Shown here piece by piece: positions 35,878 to 49,620 of a stretch of 64,000 bases of DNA. The notes beneath the pieces are model-generated. The model saw nothing but the letters and a program-made list of their open reading frames with translations. It ran no database searches and was not told the origin of the DNA. Source of the DNA: Anolis carolinensis (lineage: Eukaryota); contig NC_085841.1 of the NCBI RefSeq assembly GCF_035594765.1, positions 11,515,636 to 11,579,635 on the forward strand, in the 5' to 3' direction. Position 1 is the stretch's first letter. The number at the start of each line of letters is the position of its first letter. A program made the position numbers and the translations under genes.

Positions 35878-37048
35878 TCTATATATATAAAAGAGTGATG
35901 GAATCGCGGCACCGAGCAAAGCAACTAAACTACGGGCCCCCCAACCTCGACATTGGACAACACAACCCATCATCCACGCCTTAAGGTTGAAACAACACAA
36001 AATCACTTCACGCACCTCCACATGGAGAGAACCCACAACGCACCATCGGGAGCCATGCCCGGGAGGGAAACAGAAAGTATAATGGCCGGCCGGCAACAGG
36101 GAAGGCAGGCAATGGGAAAAAGCTGTCCCCTGGGTCCTAGCGCCCGCTCATCATCCGAATCATTATCTCCACTCCAACCTTCTACAATATCCAACCCATT
36201 TTAATACTCTATATTTTAAATATATGCTATGAACCATGACAATCAACACAATATCTCTCCTAATATTTTAACAAGCTTAAAATCACAACACCAAATAAAA
36301 AACAACACTCTTAAAACACGGGAATGCCAAACACTAAACAATCAGGGCCAGCGAACACCTCCCACGATCTGCCATGCAGGACACAATCCAAGCACTCCCA
36401 ACAGATGGCCACCCAGCCTCTCAATAATAATAATAACAACAACATCATCATACAATCCTAAGGTTTGCAGAGGCTGACTATTTCTGTGGCCCTGACATGT
36501 CACATCTCTTTTTATGTTTGGAACCTTTAGAGTGTTTGCTTCTCTTTTTCACATAGAAAGAAGATAGCTGTATACTAAGAGAGGCCTGACTATTTCTGTG
36601 GCCCTGACATGTCACATCTCTTTTTATGTTTGGAACCTTTAGAGTGTTTGCTTATCTTTTTCACATAGAAAGAAGATAGCTGTATACTAAGAGAGGCCTG
36701 ACTATTTCTGTGGCCCTTACATGTCACATCTCTTTTTATGTTTGGAACCTTTAGAGTGTTTGCTTATCTTTTTCACATAGAAAGAAGATAGCTGTATACT
36801 AAGAGAGGCCTGACTATTTCTGTGGCCCTTACATGTCACATCTCTTTTTATGTTTGGAACCTTTAGAGTGTTTGCTTATCTTTTTCACATAGAAAAAGGA
36901 TAGCTGTATACTCAGAGAGGCCTGACTTTACTGTACATACTAAACATAAAGACAATCATACAATAGACATTCAATACCACCACTAACTCAAATTTCTCAC
37001 CAACACCACCAGACAACGCCACAGCAACGCGTGGCCGGGCACAGCTAG
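35878..37048 (+). mobile_element. Non-autonomous Helitron
   Basis: A|TC 5' end (TCTATATATATAAAA), subterminal hairpin GCCACAGCAACGCGTGGC (37018-37035), CTAG|T 3' end, and no TSD. Confidence 0.9.
36469..36927. repeat. 112-bp tandem repeat x4 inside the Helitron
   Basis: CTATTTCTGTGG recurs at 36478, 36590, 36702 and 36814. Units differ by only a few bases. Confidence 0.95.
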
Positions 37049-38076
37049 TATATTATCATTTATATGTAATATTACTAATAATATTACAATATATTGATAT
37101 AGTACAATATAGTAATTTATTGCCAGTATTGTACTATACTAATAATATAATATTGTATGTAAATTTAATTTGTAAGCTGCTCTGAGTCCCTTTCAGGGTG
37201 AGAAGGGCGGGATATAAATGTAGTAAATAAATAAATAATATAAATACAAAAAAGAGCATGTTTTGGGTTTAGCACAAAATGCCACTCAAAACAGATTTTG
37301 CAGCCCCCAGCCTCTTCCCGCCACCCTTGGAAAAATACATCTGGCAAAAAAATCTCCCATCCTGGAAACTCTCAGGAGATTCAATTTTGCATGAAAACAC
37401 TCCCACAGTAACTTTCTTCCAACTAACCATGAAATTGGTAGAGAATTGGTAGAGGACCCCTAGACATGAAGTTTTGGTCCTCCCCTATCCCTTCTGCACT
37501 TTCGGGGATAGCATAGTTTGCAGTGGCCCATGTGAATAAAAATTCTGAACTCCCAGAACCTGTCCATCCCTGGTTTAGATTATGGACATGCATGTCAGAA
37601 CAGCCAGGGGGGCACCTGTCATCTTAGCAGAAGCATGTCTTACATGTAAGTGTGAGGGGTATCTTTTAAGGTGGCCTTTGTGCCCAGTATTACAAAGATA
37701 CTTCTATGAATATGGCTAAAAACCACAATTAAAATCAAGTGCAACTATCTCTTTCTCTGCCTCCTCCCATTAAAAAAGACACTCTGTCTATGAGTCAATG
37801 AACATGAAGCCTCGAGTACTGTGGTTCATCATTTCTAAACCAGACAGCCTACACTTCCTTCTTCCATGTAGTGCAGGGAGCTGACGGCCTAGCTCACAGA
37901 GCTCAAGCACTACAATTTATGACTCCAAGGTCTGTACTTTCAGGCTATGTTTGAAAAAAGGGGAATTCTTGCTTTTAGGAAGAAATGAGCACTGCTTTGG
38001 TTAGATGTTCCTACATGGCGGGGGGTTGGACTGTGTGGCTTTGTGGTCCCTTCCAACGCTATTATTCTGAGATAGT

Positions 38077-38365
38077 AGCCCCCGGTGGTGCAATGGGTTA
38101 AACTCTTCTGCCAGGAGGACTGCTGACCTGAAGGTTGGGTTGCTGATCTGAAGGTTGCCGGTTCAAATCCAGGGAGAGTGCAGATGAGTTCCCTCTGTCA
38201 ACTCTAGCTCCCCATGCAGGAGGACATGAGAGAAGCATCCCACAAGGATGGTCAAACATCAAAAACATCTGGGCATCCCCTGGGCAACGTCCTTGAAGAT
38301 GGTCAATTTCGCTCACACCAGAAGCAACTTGCAGTTTCTCAAGTCGCCCCTGATATGAAAAAAAA
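38077..38365 (+). mobile_element. Full-length SINE, family of 26460-26708
   Basis: A-box GGTGGTGCAATGG, B-box GGTTCAAATCC, poly-A tail. Confidence 0.8.
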
Positions 38366-39086
38366 TTCCTAAGATTTCTGTAATGAAATAATTTCTCCCA
38401 CTCCCCAATTTTTACCATTGCAGTGCAATACAATCCCTGTATCCATATGGGGATACGTTCCAAGAGCCCTTCAAAACCATGGATAATAGCAAAACAAGGG
38501 CTAAAAGCATACCATAGATCACAGTAGAGAACCTAAAGAAGCGTACGAACAATTATGGGGGGGGGGGATATTTTTTATATCATAAGCAAGAGAAACTGGG
38601 AATATCAAATGCAAAGATAAAGGGTTTGTACTGTAGCTTGAAACTTCAGCTGAACATTTGGAAATACAATTTGGACATCTAAGAAAAAGGGTGGCAAATT
38701 TGCCAAGGGATCATGAAAACATCAGACCTAGTTGTGAACAGTTTTCAGCATCTCACCCTCTGCAATGCCAGAAATTTGAAGTTTAATGAGGGGTAAGCCT
38801 GTATTTGGATTCTTTTCCTCGTAGCTGCCCAATCATACAACCATACTCTGGTTTGGACCAAGCTCTTCTTTGTCACAGCATAAAGGTATCAGATCTTGGA
38901 GAAAGTTACATTTTTTGGACCCCGTCTCCCAAAATCCTCCACCTGGCACAGCCATTCTAGCAGACAGAGCTGAAATCTACTGCTGCTTCAGCATGCGTTA
39001 CACATCCTGCTAAGTGATTTCTTCTGAAGTGTTTGGGGCAGCAGGGGAGGAAGAGAAATGAAGACGAAGGGAGGAGGGATCCTTAC

Positions 39087-39219
39087 CTACTCCCTTGTGG
39101 GCATCTAAGCTGGTAAACTCCATTGTCCCATTATGGCCCTTTTTAGGATTTTCCTGATACTCTTTGTGGTTCCCATTGGGACAATATCTGTAGGCGAGTC
39201 CATAATCAGCAAGATAAAC
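39087..39219 (-). CDS. VRK2: VRK2 exon 8: [44 protein letters not shown]
   Basis: ttccag|GTT...GTAG|gtaagg, 133 nt. DYG motif and VRK2 activation segment. Confidence 0.96.
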
Positions 39220-42200
39220 CTGGAAGACACGAAGAGAGAAATGAATGATGCTTTCGTCCTCTGAAAAGGATAACCTTCCTAATTAAGCCGGAAGCAAATG
39301 GTGGCTTAAGGACACTCTGAGATCTGAATTTTATTAAGCCAAATGGCACCTGCAGATAAAATATGTACATCGGGGGGCTGTTAAGAGCTACCCCCCCTTT
39401 CCAAGTTGCATCCCTCCGATATGCCCCCACTCTTATTTCAGAGAAGTACAGGATTTTAGTCTATTTTGTTCCTCCGCTCTCTTCTCTCCAGGTGGGCATC
39501 CAGACATCATAAAGTGCAATATGTCTTTTATCTGTCTTCATGCTGCTTATGGGACCCCTTCTCCTCCTTACTAAACACACTCACATACAGAGACATGACA
39601 GAACCCATCTTTCAACAGCCAGACCTTCAACAAGTTCATAAAAGCTACAATGGTGGGAAAGAAGGGGAGCAAAACTTTCACAAACAGAGGGTATCTAACA
39701 TACTAATTTCAGACTACGGTGTGTGTATGTCGGGGGCAAAAGGAAGGGCTTCAGGGGGGCGCATCTCTTTGTGGTTGAGTGGAGGAGCTTTTGAAAGCTT
39801 CCTGAAAGAACCTCCCCACCCTCGGGGAAAAAAGGGAACCTTTTATCAACATGAAAAGAAATTTCCTATGGTCATTTCTGCACTGTCTGAGATAGCGGTA
39901 GTGATTTGCGAAGCAAGCACAGCTCTCCTCTCAACCCGAGTTTGGAAACATTACTTCTTCTGACCACTTTTCCCTGCCATACTTAAAATACTTTATTGTA
40001 AGTTAAAGAACTCTCTTTAAATTTAAAATGGAAAGTTTTTAATTTTTCACAAAAGTACTGCTTTGAGGGGGGGATTCTGGGAGCTATCTTCCTCTAAAAG
40101 TATTTTTTTCCAGGGTCTACTCTCAACAAGTTTTCTTACTGCACAATCATTAATCAGCTTGACTTGTGTGTTGGGGATATCACATCATTCTCTTTTGATC
40201 TAAAAAAAAATCAAGTTTTCATAGCTTTTCTTCAGAGAGAGCACAATCACTAGTTCCCGTTAGAGAACATCCATCAAATTAGTGGCACTTACATGATTCA
40301 GACAATCTCTTACATGATTCAGACAATCTCTTCATCTGTTGATAGTTAGTGAGTTTAGGGCATGTGCATGTGGGTTATAACCCTTAAGTGGGTTATGGCA
40401 AGCCCATGAATTACATAGGATTTTCTTATACAAGGAATATTCAGAGGTAGTTCTGCCAGTTCCTTCCTTGAAATATAGCCTACAGCACCTGGGATTTGTT
40501 GATGGTCCCCCATCCAAGCAATAACTTGGGATGACCCAGATTAGCATCCAAGATCAAACAGCATCTGGTGTCTTTAAAACAGAGCTTTCCAACCATTTCA
40601 AGTTGCTGACACACTAGATATGCATCATTTCGTGACACAGAAATTTGGCTTTATTATCAAACCAGAGATTAAACCAACTTCTCATAAGAGATGTGTATAC
40701 GTACGTAAATTGTAATAACAAAATGGGTTGAACATACAACACAGTTCATGAAAACCTTATTTTCAAAAAATTATGATTTATTGCTTATTTCACATAGAGG
40801 TTTCTTGTTAAGTTCATGTAACACACCTACACACTGCAGTCGACACACTAATGTGTCACAACACCCTGTTTAGAAAGCTCTGCTTTAGAGTATTTAGGAC
40901 AAGTTTCGGGCAGACATAAATAATTGCACTAACAAAAATCAAATACTAAGAAAAGCATATACATGAAGCAAACCGAGCATAAAATCATCTAAAACACCAA
41001 ACAATCCCCAAAGCTGGAAACAGCCATTTAGCTACCATAGCCACCTTTTTGTTTCAACACTAAGACTTTCCAAAATGGGAAATTATTAGACAAGCTCTTT
41101 TATTTATTGTTAATGTAGCAATTTTAAACCAGTTTAATTGGTGTTTTAATAGTATAATTGCATTTCAATGCATAATTTTACTGTGTTTTGATTGGAGCCT
41201 TTTTGTTTTGAAATTAAATTATGGTTAAATACAAAATTAATTATGTTTAATTAAGCTGCCAGTAATCTTGACCTTGGGTGAAAGGTATGATATAAGGGAA
41301 ATAAATAAAGAAAACTTCATTACGATGCTAGAACAAACATTAAAGGCACCATAAGATTAAAATTATGGTTACAGAATAATGTAGCAACCAGAGAGCTTAA
41401 GGAAAATAGCACCCATTAAAAGCTTGGCAGAATAAATAGGTCTTCGTTGTTCCAACATAAAAGGCTCTTGGGACAATTTCCTAAGAGGGTCCCATCAAAA
41501 GTAGATCATCCCCACTAAGACAGGTTCTGTTCTATTGAAGAACACAGCAGCCAAAGATGGGCATACACAAATGTAAGAAGAGAAAAGTGGTATAACATTA
41601 AACATGCTGCAAAAGCTGGCATGTATTGCTTTTCCACTGGCATCTGATCTCCCGAGCAGCAAGGAAGAACGGCTGCAATAGAATCTATTTCTCGGACCAG
41701 AAAATTGTTTGACTTTACAAAAAAAAAGTGCAAGCAAGAGTGCATAACCTTATACGCTCTGCTCCAATTGCAAATGCTTGCAGAATTTGGAACTGAGCCC
41801 TCGGGGGCCTAAAATAATAGCGGAAAAGAAAAGCGATGGAAATTATAGGTCATTGGCTGGTAAGGAGGAACAGATTTGTACAAGCAAAGGAGCAGAAGCT
41901 GGGTTCTGTTAAATTAAGAAAAAGCGTTGTAGGCAACACTCAGCCTCCCTCCAATACGACAGCTTTGCAGTCATACAGTCAAGTCCCTCTCTACATTAGA
42001 AGCAGCAAAATGTAGCCCCTCAAATGCTTTGGGGCTGTAGCCCCAAAATCTCTCACCATTGACTATTCTGGTAACATCTGGAGGTTTGCCAGATGCTACA
42101 TCTCCATGGTGGAAAGCAGTGTTTTCCAAGCTATATGACGTGGGGATTGGGATCTATTGCGCCTTGGTGGCTTTAGTGTCATATTTGTGCTGGAAAATCA

Positions 42201-43358
42201 CCAGAAACTCTCATTTGTAGACTATCACTGTAAAGGATAAACCATGCCATGATTTCAAGCCCAGCATCCATCCATTCATCTATCCCAGTCAATTAGGAAG
42301 ATACACAATACATGTGGTCAAGGGCATGTATTATTAGGAGACCATTTAGCCACAGCTGAGACAGCTGTCCTTGAAGTTTATAGGGCCACTCCCAGCCAGC
42401 TTAAGCCAAGGGGAGAGAAAAAAAACTGTCTTAATTTGCCAGCCGATAAGTTGGAGAAACTACTTTCTGTGTCACTCTTAAACTAGTTTTGTGTTCTCCT
42501 GGGAGGCAAATTCCTGCCCTGAAAAATATGAGCAGCAGCAGCAGAGTGACCTTGCTCTTAATTTAATTATATTGCTCTTGATGTGCCTCTTTCCTTTTCT
42601 CTCTCTCTCTCTCTCCCTTTTAAAAGGCAGTCAGGCTGATTCTGTTAAAATTACTGATTCTTGTTTGTGCTCCAGGCACATTTACAGTCTTGGGATGGCT
42701 GGTCTATGGTGCTCTCTCTATGTCTCTTTCTCTCTCTTTTAAGGACACATCATTTCTTGCCCCAACATCTCCTTCGCCAATCTGGAACGTGGCATCAGGC
42801 CTACAGCTCTCTTCCTGCAGGGCAACAGCTTTTAAAGATTATACTGATTATATTTCTCACCTGACAGGCCTGTACAAACTGTGATACAAAGATTAAAGAC
42901 TAGAGGCAGTGTTTGGAAATCTGGGACACGGCATAAAGCTTTGTCAGGTTGACCGACTCTATTTTCTCCTGCATCCTCTAGTGGATTTGTGTTGCTGGGT
43001 ATCCAGCCTAGCTGAGCCAGAAGAAAATGATGCATCAAGTCAATTTGAAGGAAGAAACATCTTAGTGGAACTGACTGAAGCCACCTTATTGTTGAGCTTA
43101 ACAACTTAAAAGGGTTTCCTGACCCAGATATTGCATCAATCCAGCTAGAGAAGTTGTTTGCTTATTTCTTTTTAAAACAAAAACAAAAGAACCACAAACA
43201 GCAGTTAGCCAATATGCAATTTAGACTTTTATTAAAAGTCAAAAAGCTTGTTCAATGTTTTTCAAAAGTAATTTAAATCAGATTTCCTTTTTTAAAAAGT
43301 AAGACAAAAAGATTCTGATTGAACATTAGAATGAACTTCCCGACCTGAGAGCAGTTCT

Positions 43359-44135
43359 TGTCAGGGCTAGTGATGAGGATGAAGATGAAGGGCTGCCTCG
43401 CCGAGCAGGACCAGGAACCTCAGGGAAGTAGGGACACAGAGTTAGGGAATATTCGGGAGCTCCAGAAAACCGATCAGGAGTTAAGCAATCCAGCTAGGTT
43501 GCAATTAAGAACTGATGCCATCCAAATGAGGAGATCTAATTGGTTGGCTCAGAGGAGGGCCAACAGGTGAGAGCACTTAGGAAAATAGGATAAATAGCTG
43601 GAGGCTGGAGCTAATAGTTTGCTGGAAGCAACGTTTGTGATACTGCTTCAGCCTGAATAGCTGATGGTCAACTCTTGGATGGAACTCTGATGACTGGACT
43701 ACAACTTGAGTTGGTGAGATGGGTTGGCCTTGACCCCTGGAAAGAACACTGGGATATTTATATGCTTTGCCCTTGTTGGGACTGCTTGCTGTGTATGATT
43801 ATCGACTGACTTTGACTGTGAGATGGTTAATGGCTGCATTATTTATTTATTTATTTGCAGCATTTATATTCCGCCCTTCTCACCCCGAAGGGGACTCAGG
43901 GCGGATCACATTACACATATAGGCAAACATTCAACGCCTTTTATCATAGAACAAAGACAAGACAAACATAGGCTCCGAGCGGGCCTCGAACTCATGACCT
44001 CCTGGTCAGAGTGATTCATTGCAGCTGGTTGCAGCTGGCTTGCTCTCCAGCCTGCGCCACAGCCTGGGCCCGAGATTAACAGAGATTCTGTGTACAACTG
44101 AACCAATCCATCATGGGGCTCAAAATATGGTGACA
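43359..44135. mobile_element. Probable solo LTR (Gypsy-like), interrupted by a SINE
   Basis: TGTCA...TGACA termini, 4-bp flanks TTCT/TTAT (3/4 match), GATAAATAG TATA-like motif at ~43590. Confidence 0.45.
43838..44071 (-). mobile_element. tRNA-derived SINE with L2-type tail (Anolis SINE2-like)
   Basis: Minus strand GGGCCCAGGCTGTGGCGCAGGCTGG (A box), GAGTTCGAGGCC (B box), tail GCCCTGAGTCCCCTTCGGGGTGAGAAGGGCGG...(TAAA)n. Confidence 0.8.
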
Positions 44136-44148
44136 TTATCCTGTCTAA

Positions 44149-44473
44149 GGAGCTCCCGGTGGCGCAGTGGGTAAAACTGCTGAGCTGAACTTGCTGATCA
44201 AAAGGTCAGCGGTTCAAATCCAGGGAGCGGGATGAGCTCTGTGTTATCCCCAGTTTCTGCCAACCTAGCAGTTTGAAAACATGCAAATGTGACTAGATCA
44301 ATAGGTACCGTTCCAGCAGGAAGGTAACAGCGCTCCATGTGGTCACGCCGGCCACATGACCTCGGAGGTGTCTACGGACAACGCTGGCTCTTTGGCTTAG
44401 AAATGGAGATGAACACCAAGCCCCAGAGTCGGACTCGACTAGACTTAATGTCAGGGGAAAACCTTAACCTTTT
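44149..44473 (+). mobile_element. Full-length Sauria SINE
   Basis: A/B boxes, Sauria body, ACCTT tail, flanking ATCCTGTCT duplication. Confidence 0.9.
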
Positions 44474-47286
44474 CATCCTGTCTCAGCATTTCTTGTTAAA
44501 AAAAAATCAAACTGGCTGATTCTGGTAAGTCTTGAGACAAAAGTCTTCTAATTTATTTTCTTACGTGTACTGAGCGCCTCAAGTAACATTTTGAAATTCG
44601 GATCAGCTGTTCCAACTATCTTAAAATTCTACATTGGAAGAACATCAGAGATGAAGGCTGGAAGATGTATGGCCAAGCAACTTTGAGCAAATCTGGTCAA
44701 GCTGGGATAGCTGAAGGATATGCAAGAAACACATGGCTACAAATATTTTACCTTTATCTATAGAGCATGAGATTGCCTAAATCCATGTTTTTAAAAATAA
44801 ATCTTTCCTCTTGGTACATTATTATTTTAAACCAATCCTGTTTTAAATCAGTTCATCAGAATTGTAAATTAACATAGTTTTACGTGCCAACAATAGAATT
44901 ACAATACTTCTCCCTGAGACTAGATCCAAAAGGTCGGGCATTTTTATAGAAAGAAAACACAGTTTTCCCCATTGCTATTCTCTTTTAAAGTTTACCTCTC
45001 TGGCCCCACAAATCCAAGAGGTTTCAACCCATACCTTCAAATTCTGCAATCCTCTGCAAACTTACTTTGAAGTAAAGGCAACTCGACAAAGGGACACTAG
45101 CAAGAAAACATGCATCAGGTCAGATCCCTAGCAGCAACAAAGAGCTGACAATATACAATAGTTTGAAAAATGCTTTGAATATGCAACCTAAGCAAAACAA
45201 TCAGCACCTTCTTTTAACACAGAGAACCAACTTCAGGGTGGTTGCACATTTAAGAGGCTTAGAGATGAGAAAACAGTTCTTTTGTCATGAAAGGCCAGTG
45301 AATGGCCTTGTCCCTCCCTGTATAAGCAAATGGATGCATAGATTTCAGAAGTCACTGAATTCTGATCCTCTTGTAATCCCCTGCACACAATATAGGAGGT
45401 CAATTAAAAAATGCTTTCAAGTCCTTCCCACTACAGTACTAGTAAACAAATTACTTGAGTTTTTAAATAAATCACAGAATCATAGCTTTGGAAGAGACCC
45501 CCTGCCATACAGGAAAAGCAGTCTATGTTGTGTGTTTTGGCTGCATTGTTGGCTTACATTGAACAACGCATAGACAACCATTAGAAAAGACAGTAATGTA
45601 ACTCTAGACTGTCACATGTTTCAGGAAACATATAGAAACACAAACCATAGTGTCGAATGATACTGAAAATGAGATGAGAAGTATACACATGTTGGTTGCA
45701 ACCCAGGATCTTGAGAGAATCTGTACTTGCTATGAACAAACTAGCTACTGAAAGATCTAGTGGTTTCTTCCAGTAGAATGAGAAGGTACAACTGGTCAAC
45801 AAGATGGTTGTTTAGCATGCCATCCCACCCTTGGCTTGAATGATATGGGAGCAACAAGCCAGAATCCATGAGCCACAAATCCATCTTGGTTTAAAATCCT
45901 GGCCTGTAAAGAGTATCTCAACTCTGCTTCTCAGCTTTGAATGCCATGATAAATACACTGGTTTGTGAAGCTCAAGAGTGAGAAATAATCTTGCCCAGCT
46001 TCTTTTTGAGAGCTCTGAATCACTCTCATTTCCCAAGATGAACAATACTAATTGGAGAGAAATTATAGTTCTTGGGGGATTTCAAAAGGTTTTTAAAAGC
46101 AGCGATTCTCCTCTAAAATAAGCAACAAGTTTTAATTGCATGTATGTGGGCAAATACCAGAGAGTAGCAAATATATACCTGTTCCGACTTACATACAAAT
46201 GCAGTTTAAGAACAAACCTATATAACCTAAACCTATATAACCTATCGTATTTGAAACTTGGGGACTGTCTCAACACTGCTGCAGCTGCATGTAGAAAGCC
46301 ACAGTTTGCCTCCAAACCTAAAAGAATGGGAATAAATGTGAAACCACCCTTTTCTAGATCTTAATTTAAAAAATAGAGGCCCTTCTGCAGATATTAACAC
46401 ACAAAATATTAGATTCAGATTTCTGCCTTCCTAGCTGTCCTTCCACAGGAGCTATATTCAAAAACAAAGTATTCTGAGCAACTTGTCTTAATGAGTCCCC
46501 AAGGGGAGATAGGGCAGGATACAAATAAAGTTTATTATTATTATTAATAGTTATGAAAAATGTTCAAAACTATGCAATAGCAAAGACTGGATAGCAAAAT
46601 GAGGTTTGTTATTTTCACACACACACACCCATATATGCAGGTTTACAGCTTCAAGAATAAGGAAGCTAATGTCAAAATATTGGCACAGTAGTAGCAAGAA
46701 CCATACTGGGAAAAGAGCATTACGAAATGAGTGATATATCTCGCCATTTGGTTTTTCAGTCAATGGAGCTGCCATATAAAACCCGATGAGATATATTGCT
46801 TTGTTAGCTTAGTAATAAATTCAGATCACCACAGTATTAGCAGGCCAACTTAATTAGGACACAGAACTCAATGACTGCGTTATTAGCAATAAAGCAGCAA
46901 TGAACTGTAGCGCAGAATGTAAAGCCTGATCTTCCCAAGGCATTCCTCCCTGGGGCCAAGAGGTTTGCATTGGCTTCAGTGACACTGGAAAACAGCAAGT
47001 CTCATCAAGCTGCCCTGCGCATGGGCAAAATCCTTGTCCTTTTGGATGGCATAACTCTGCACACATGTCTTGGCAACACACAATACACAGTGAGATCATT
47101 TGTCACTGCACCTCAAAAAACAATACTCTGATGTTGCCATTTCAATTTGAACTCTATGGTTGGCCCTCCACGTTAATGGGGTTAAGGGAACAGGACCCTC
47201 ATGAAAGTAAAAAAAAATACAAATGGAGGAATTAGTAATATATAACCTGTAATATTGCCTCTCTGGGAATTTTAGGTCTTCCAATA

Positions 47287-47495
47287 CAGGGTTGTTGTAT
47301 GTTTTCCAGGCTGTCTGGCCATGTTCCAGAAGTATTTTCTCCTGAAGTTTCACCCACATCTATGGCAGGCATTCTCTGACTGCCATAGATGTGGACGAAA
47401 CTTCAGGAGAAAATACTTCTGGAACATGGCCATACAGCCCGGAAAACATACAACAACCCTGTGATCCCGGCCATTAAAGCCTTCGACAACACATG
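47287..47495. mobile_element. Penelope-like inverted terminal-repeat remnant
   Basis: ~85-bp inverted arms centred near 47378. TTCCAATACAG duplicated at 47279-47289 and 47496-47506. Confidence 0.8.
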
Positions 47496-47788
47496 TTCCA
47501 ATACAGTTCTACAGATTTCTTATAGGTAACACTTTTAATCAAAACTGTGAATAATAAAATTATCCAAATATGGGGAAGCACAGAGCCAAAGCACTGTTTC
47601 TCTCCGCAATAAATGAAGTGATTTTAGTAAGGTTTTTTTCTTCCTACAACACTCATCACTCCCAGCCAGCATGGACATGTTATTATGACACATCCAAAGG
47701 ACAGCATGTTGGGAAAGCCTGAACTAATGCAATGACAATAAATGGAACAATAAAACATTAGGAGAAAGGGAATTCAATATTTATTTAC

Positions 47789-47881
47789 CTCATGCGGATT
47801 TCTGTAGCCCAAAAGTAAATTTGCTGCTTTAATATCTCCATGAACGTATTCGTTTTCATGTATATATTCTAAGACATCCAA
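47789..47881 (-). CDS. VRK2: VRK2 exon 7: [31 protein letters not shown]
   Basis: taacag|TTG...GAG|gtaaat, 93 nt. Catalytic loop HGDIKAAN. Confidence 0.96.
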
Positions 47882-48399
47882 CTGTTAGGAAGGACAAAAA
47901 AAAGTTACAAAAGAAACCAGAATTCCTTATTTGTGTTATAATCATCTCTGTAAATATTTCTTTGACTAGCAGCTTAGCAAATTTTAGCTGTTACATGATA
48001 AGGTGAAGAGGAAAAATATGACAGAGCATTTTCTTAAGATGAACAATTGAAGAGCTAACTAAATACACAACAAAAAGAACACTTCTCTCTAGCAGAGAAC
48101 TCTAAACAATTTCTAAGAACAGGGATGTTATCTTGTTTTCCAGATAAGAACCTGCTCTAATTCTCTGTTTATATATGTGTATGAATGTATTTAAGCCACA
48201 ACATATTCATGGCTAATGTGGCTTGCAGCACTAGCTCTTTACTCTATATGCAATGTAACTGCTTGATTACCCATAGGTCATATCATAATCCATAATTTTG
48301 GCTCCAAAACCTGCCTTGGACATACATCAGGTCAACATATACATGAGTGTATATACAGTATGTTGTTTCTTATTTACATATATAGGAACCTATTAGTTG

Positions 48400-49620
48400 T
48401 AGCATCCAATGAACAACTGAGACTTATTACTTTACTAAAGATATGTAGATGGAGGAGGCAAAAGGCAGCGTTCTTGCACCAACCTTGTTTAACATCTTTA
48501 CTAAGATCAGCCACAGCCACCACTCACAAAGAGCTTTTATATATGCTGATGACCTTGGCCTAACAAAATGAGCAAAAGTCTTTGAAAACGTTGAGAACCT
48601 GCCCTGAAAGACCTCTCCCACTACTACAAAGATAACCACCTGAAGCCTAACCATGCCAAGACACAAGTGTGTGCTTTCCATCTATACAATCGTGAAACCA
48701 ACAGGAAACTGAAGGTTACCTGGGAAGGCTAAGAGCTCAAACACTGTTCCCATCCTAAATATCTCAGCATCATCTTAAACCAAATGCCAACATTTAGGAA
48801 ACACTGTGTGAACACCAAGCACAAAGTAGCTGCACACAATAACATCCTGTGGAAATTTACTAATAGGGCATGGGGTGCAGACCCAAAATTAATAAGAACA
48901 TCAGCCCTGACCTCGTCTTACTCAACTGCTGAGTTTGCCTGGCCCATCTGGCATAAATCTGCCCACGCAAAGCAGGTGAATATAGCACTGAATGAAACAT
49001 GTAGAATAATCACAGAATGTCTTAAACCTACACCTGTTGATAGATTCTGTAAGCTAGTTGGCATTGCCTCCCTGATGTGCGACAGGAAGTTGCTGCCAAT
49101 TGCAAGAGAAATAAGGTTGAACACTATGAAAGCCATCCACTGCATGGCTATCAGCCTCCTCCCAGTAGACTTAAATCAAGGAAAAGTTTCATGAGAACCA
49201 CCACTCCTCTTAATGTATCTCTAGCAGCAGCAAGAATATCCCTGTGGGCAGCAAAATCAGGCAATTCTAACTGGATGCCCCCCCCCCACAAGGGTCTTCT
49301 TCCAGGGGCAAACCAAGAATGGACAACTTGAAGTCCCTGAACAGACTCAGAACTGGAGTTGGCAGATCAAAAGACAGCCTGTCAAAATGGCACTACCTAG
49401 AAGTATCCTCCACCTTGTGCAACTGTGAAGAACAAACAAGTCAGCATCTGTATGCATGCCCAAAATGCTCTGCCTCATACACAGAGGAAGAACTTTTTAA
49501 AGCAACAGTCATTGTTGCCCGTTTTTGGTCTAAAACTATTTAACAGCTTGTGGTTCCTTTAATTCATCAGTTTCAAACTTCTCTATTTATGAAATGCTTT
49601 GGACACAAAATAAAAAAAAA
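48400..49620 (+). mobile_element. Vingi/Ingi-type LINE, 5'-truncated and degraded (RT plus C-terminal Zn finger)
   Basis: GSVLAPTLFNI, YADDL, WGADPKLIRTSAL, LNETCRIIT and LNRLRTGVGR...CNC...QHLYAC motifs, with an A-rich tail at ~49610. Confidence 0.85.

Noticed and set aside
36469-36927. Regular repeat array as a CRISPR-like locus
   Set aside because: Units are contiguous near-identical 112-mers with no unique spacers. The context is a vertebrate Helitron with no cas genes.
40288-40332. 21-bp direct duplication (CTTACATGATTCAGACAATCT x2)
   Set aside because: Simple local tandem duplication with no intervening element. A similar 14-bp repeat occurs at 146-180.
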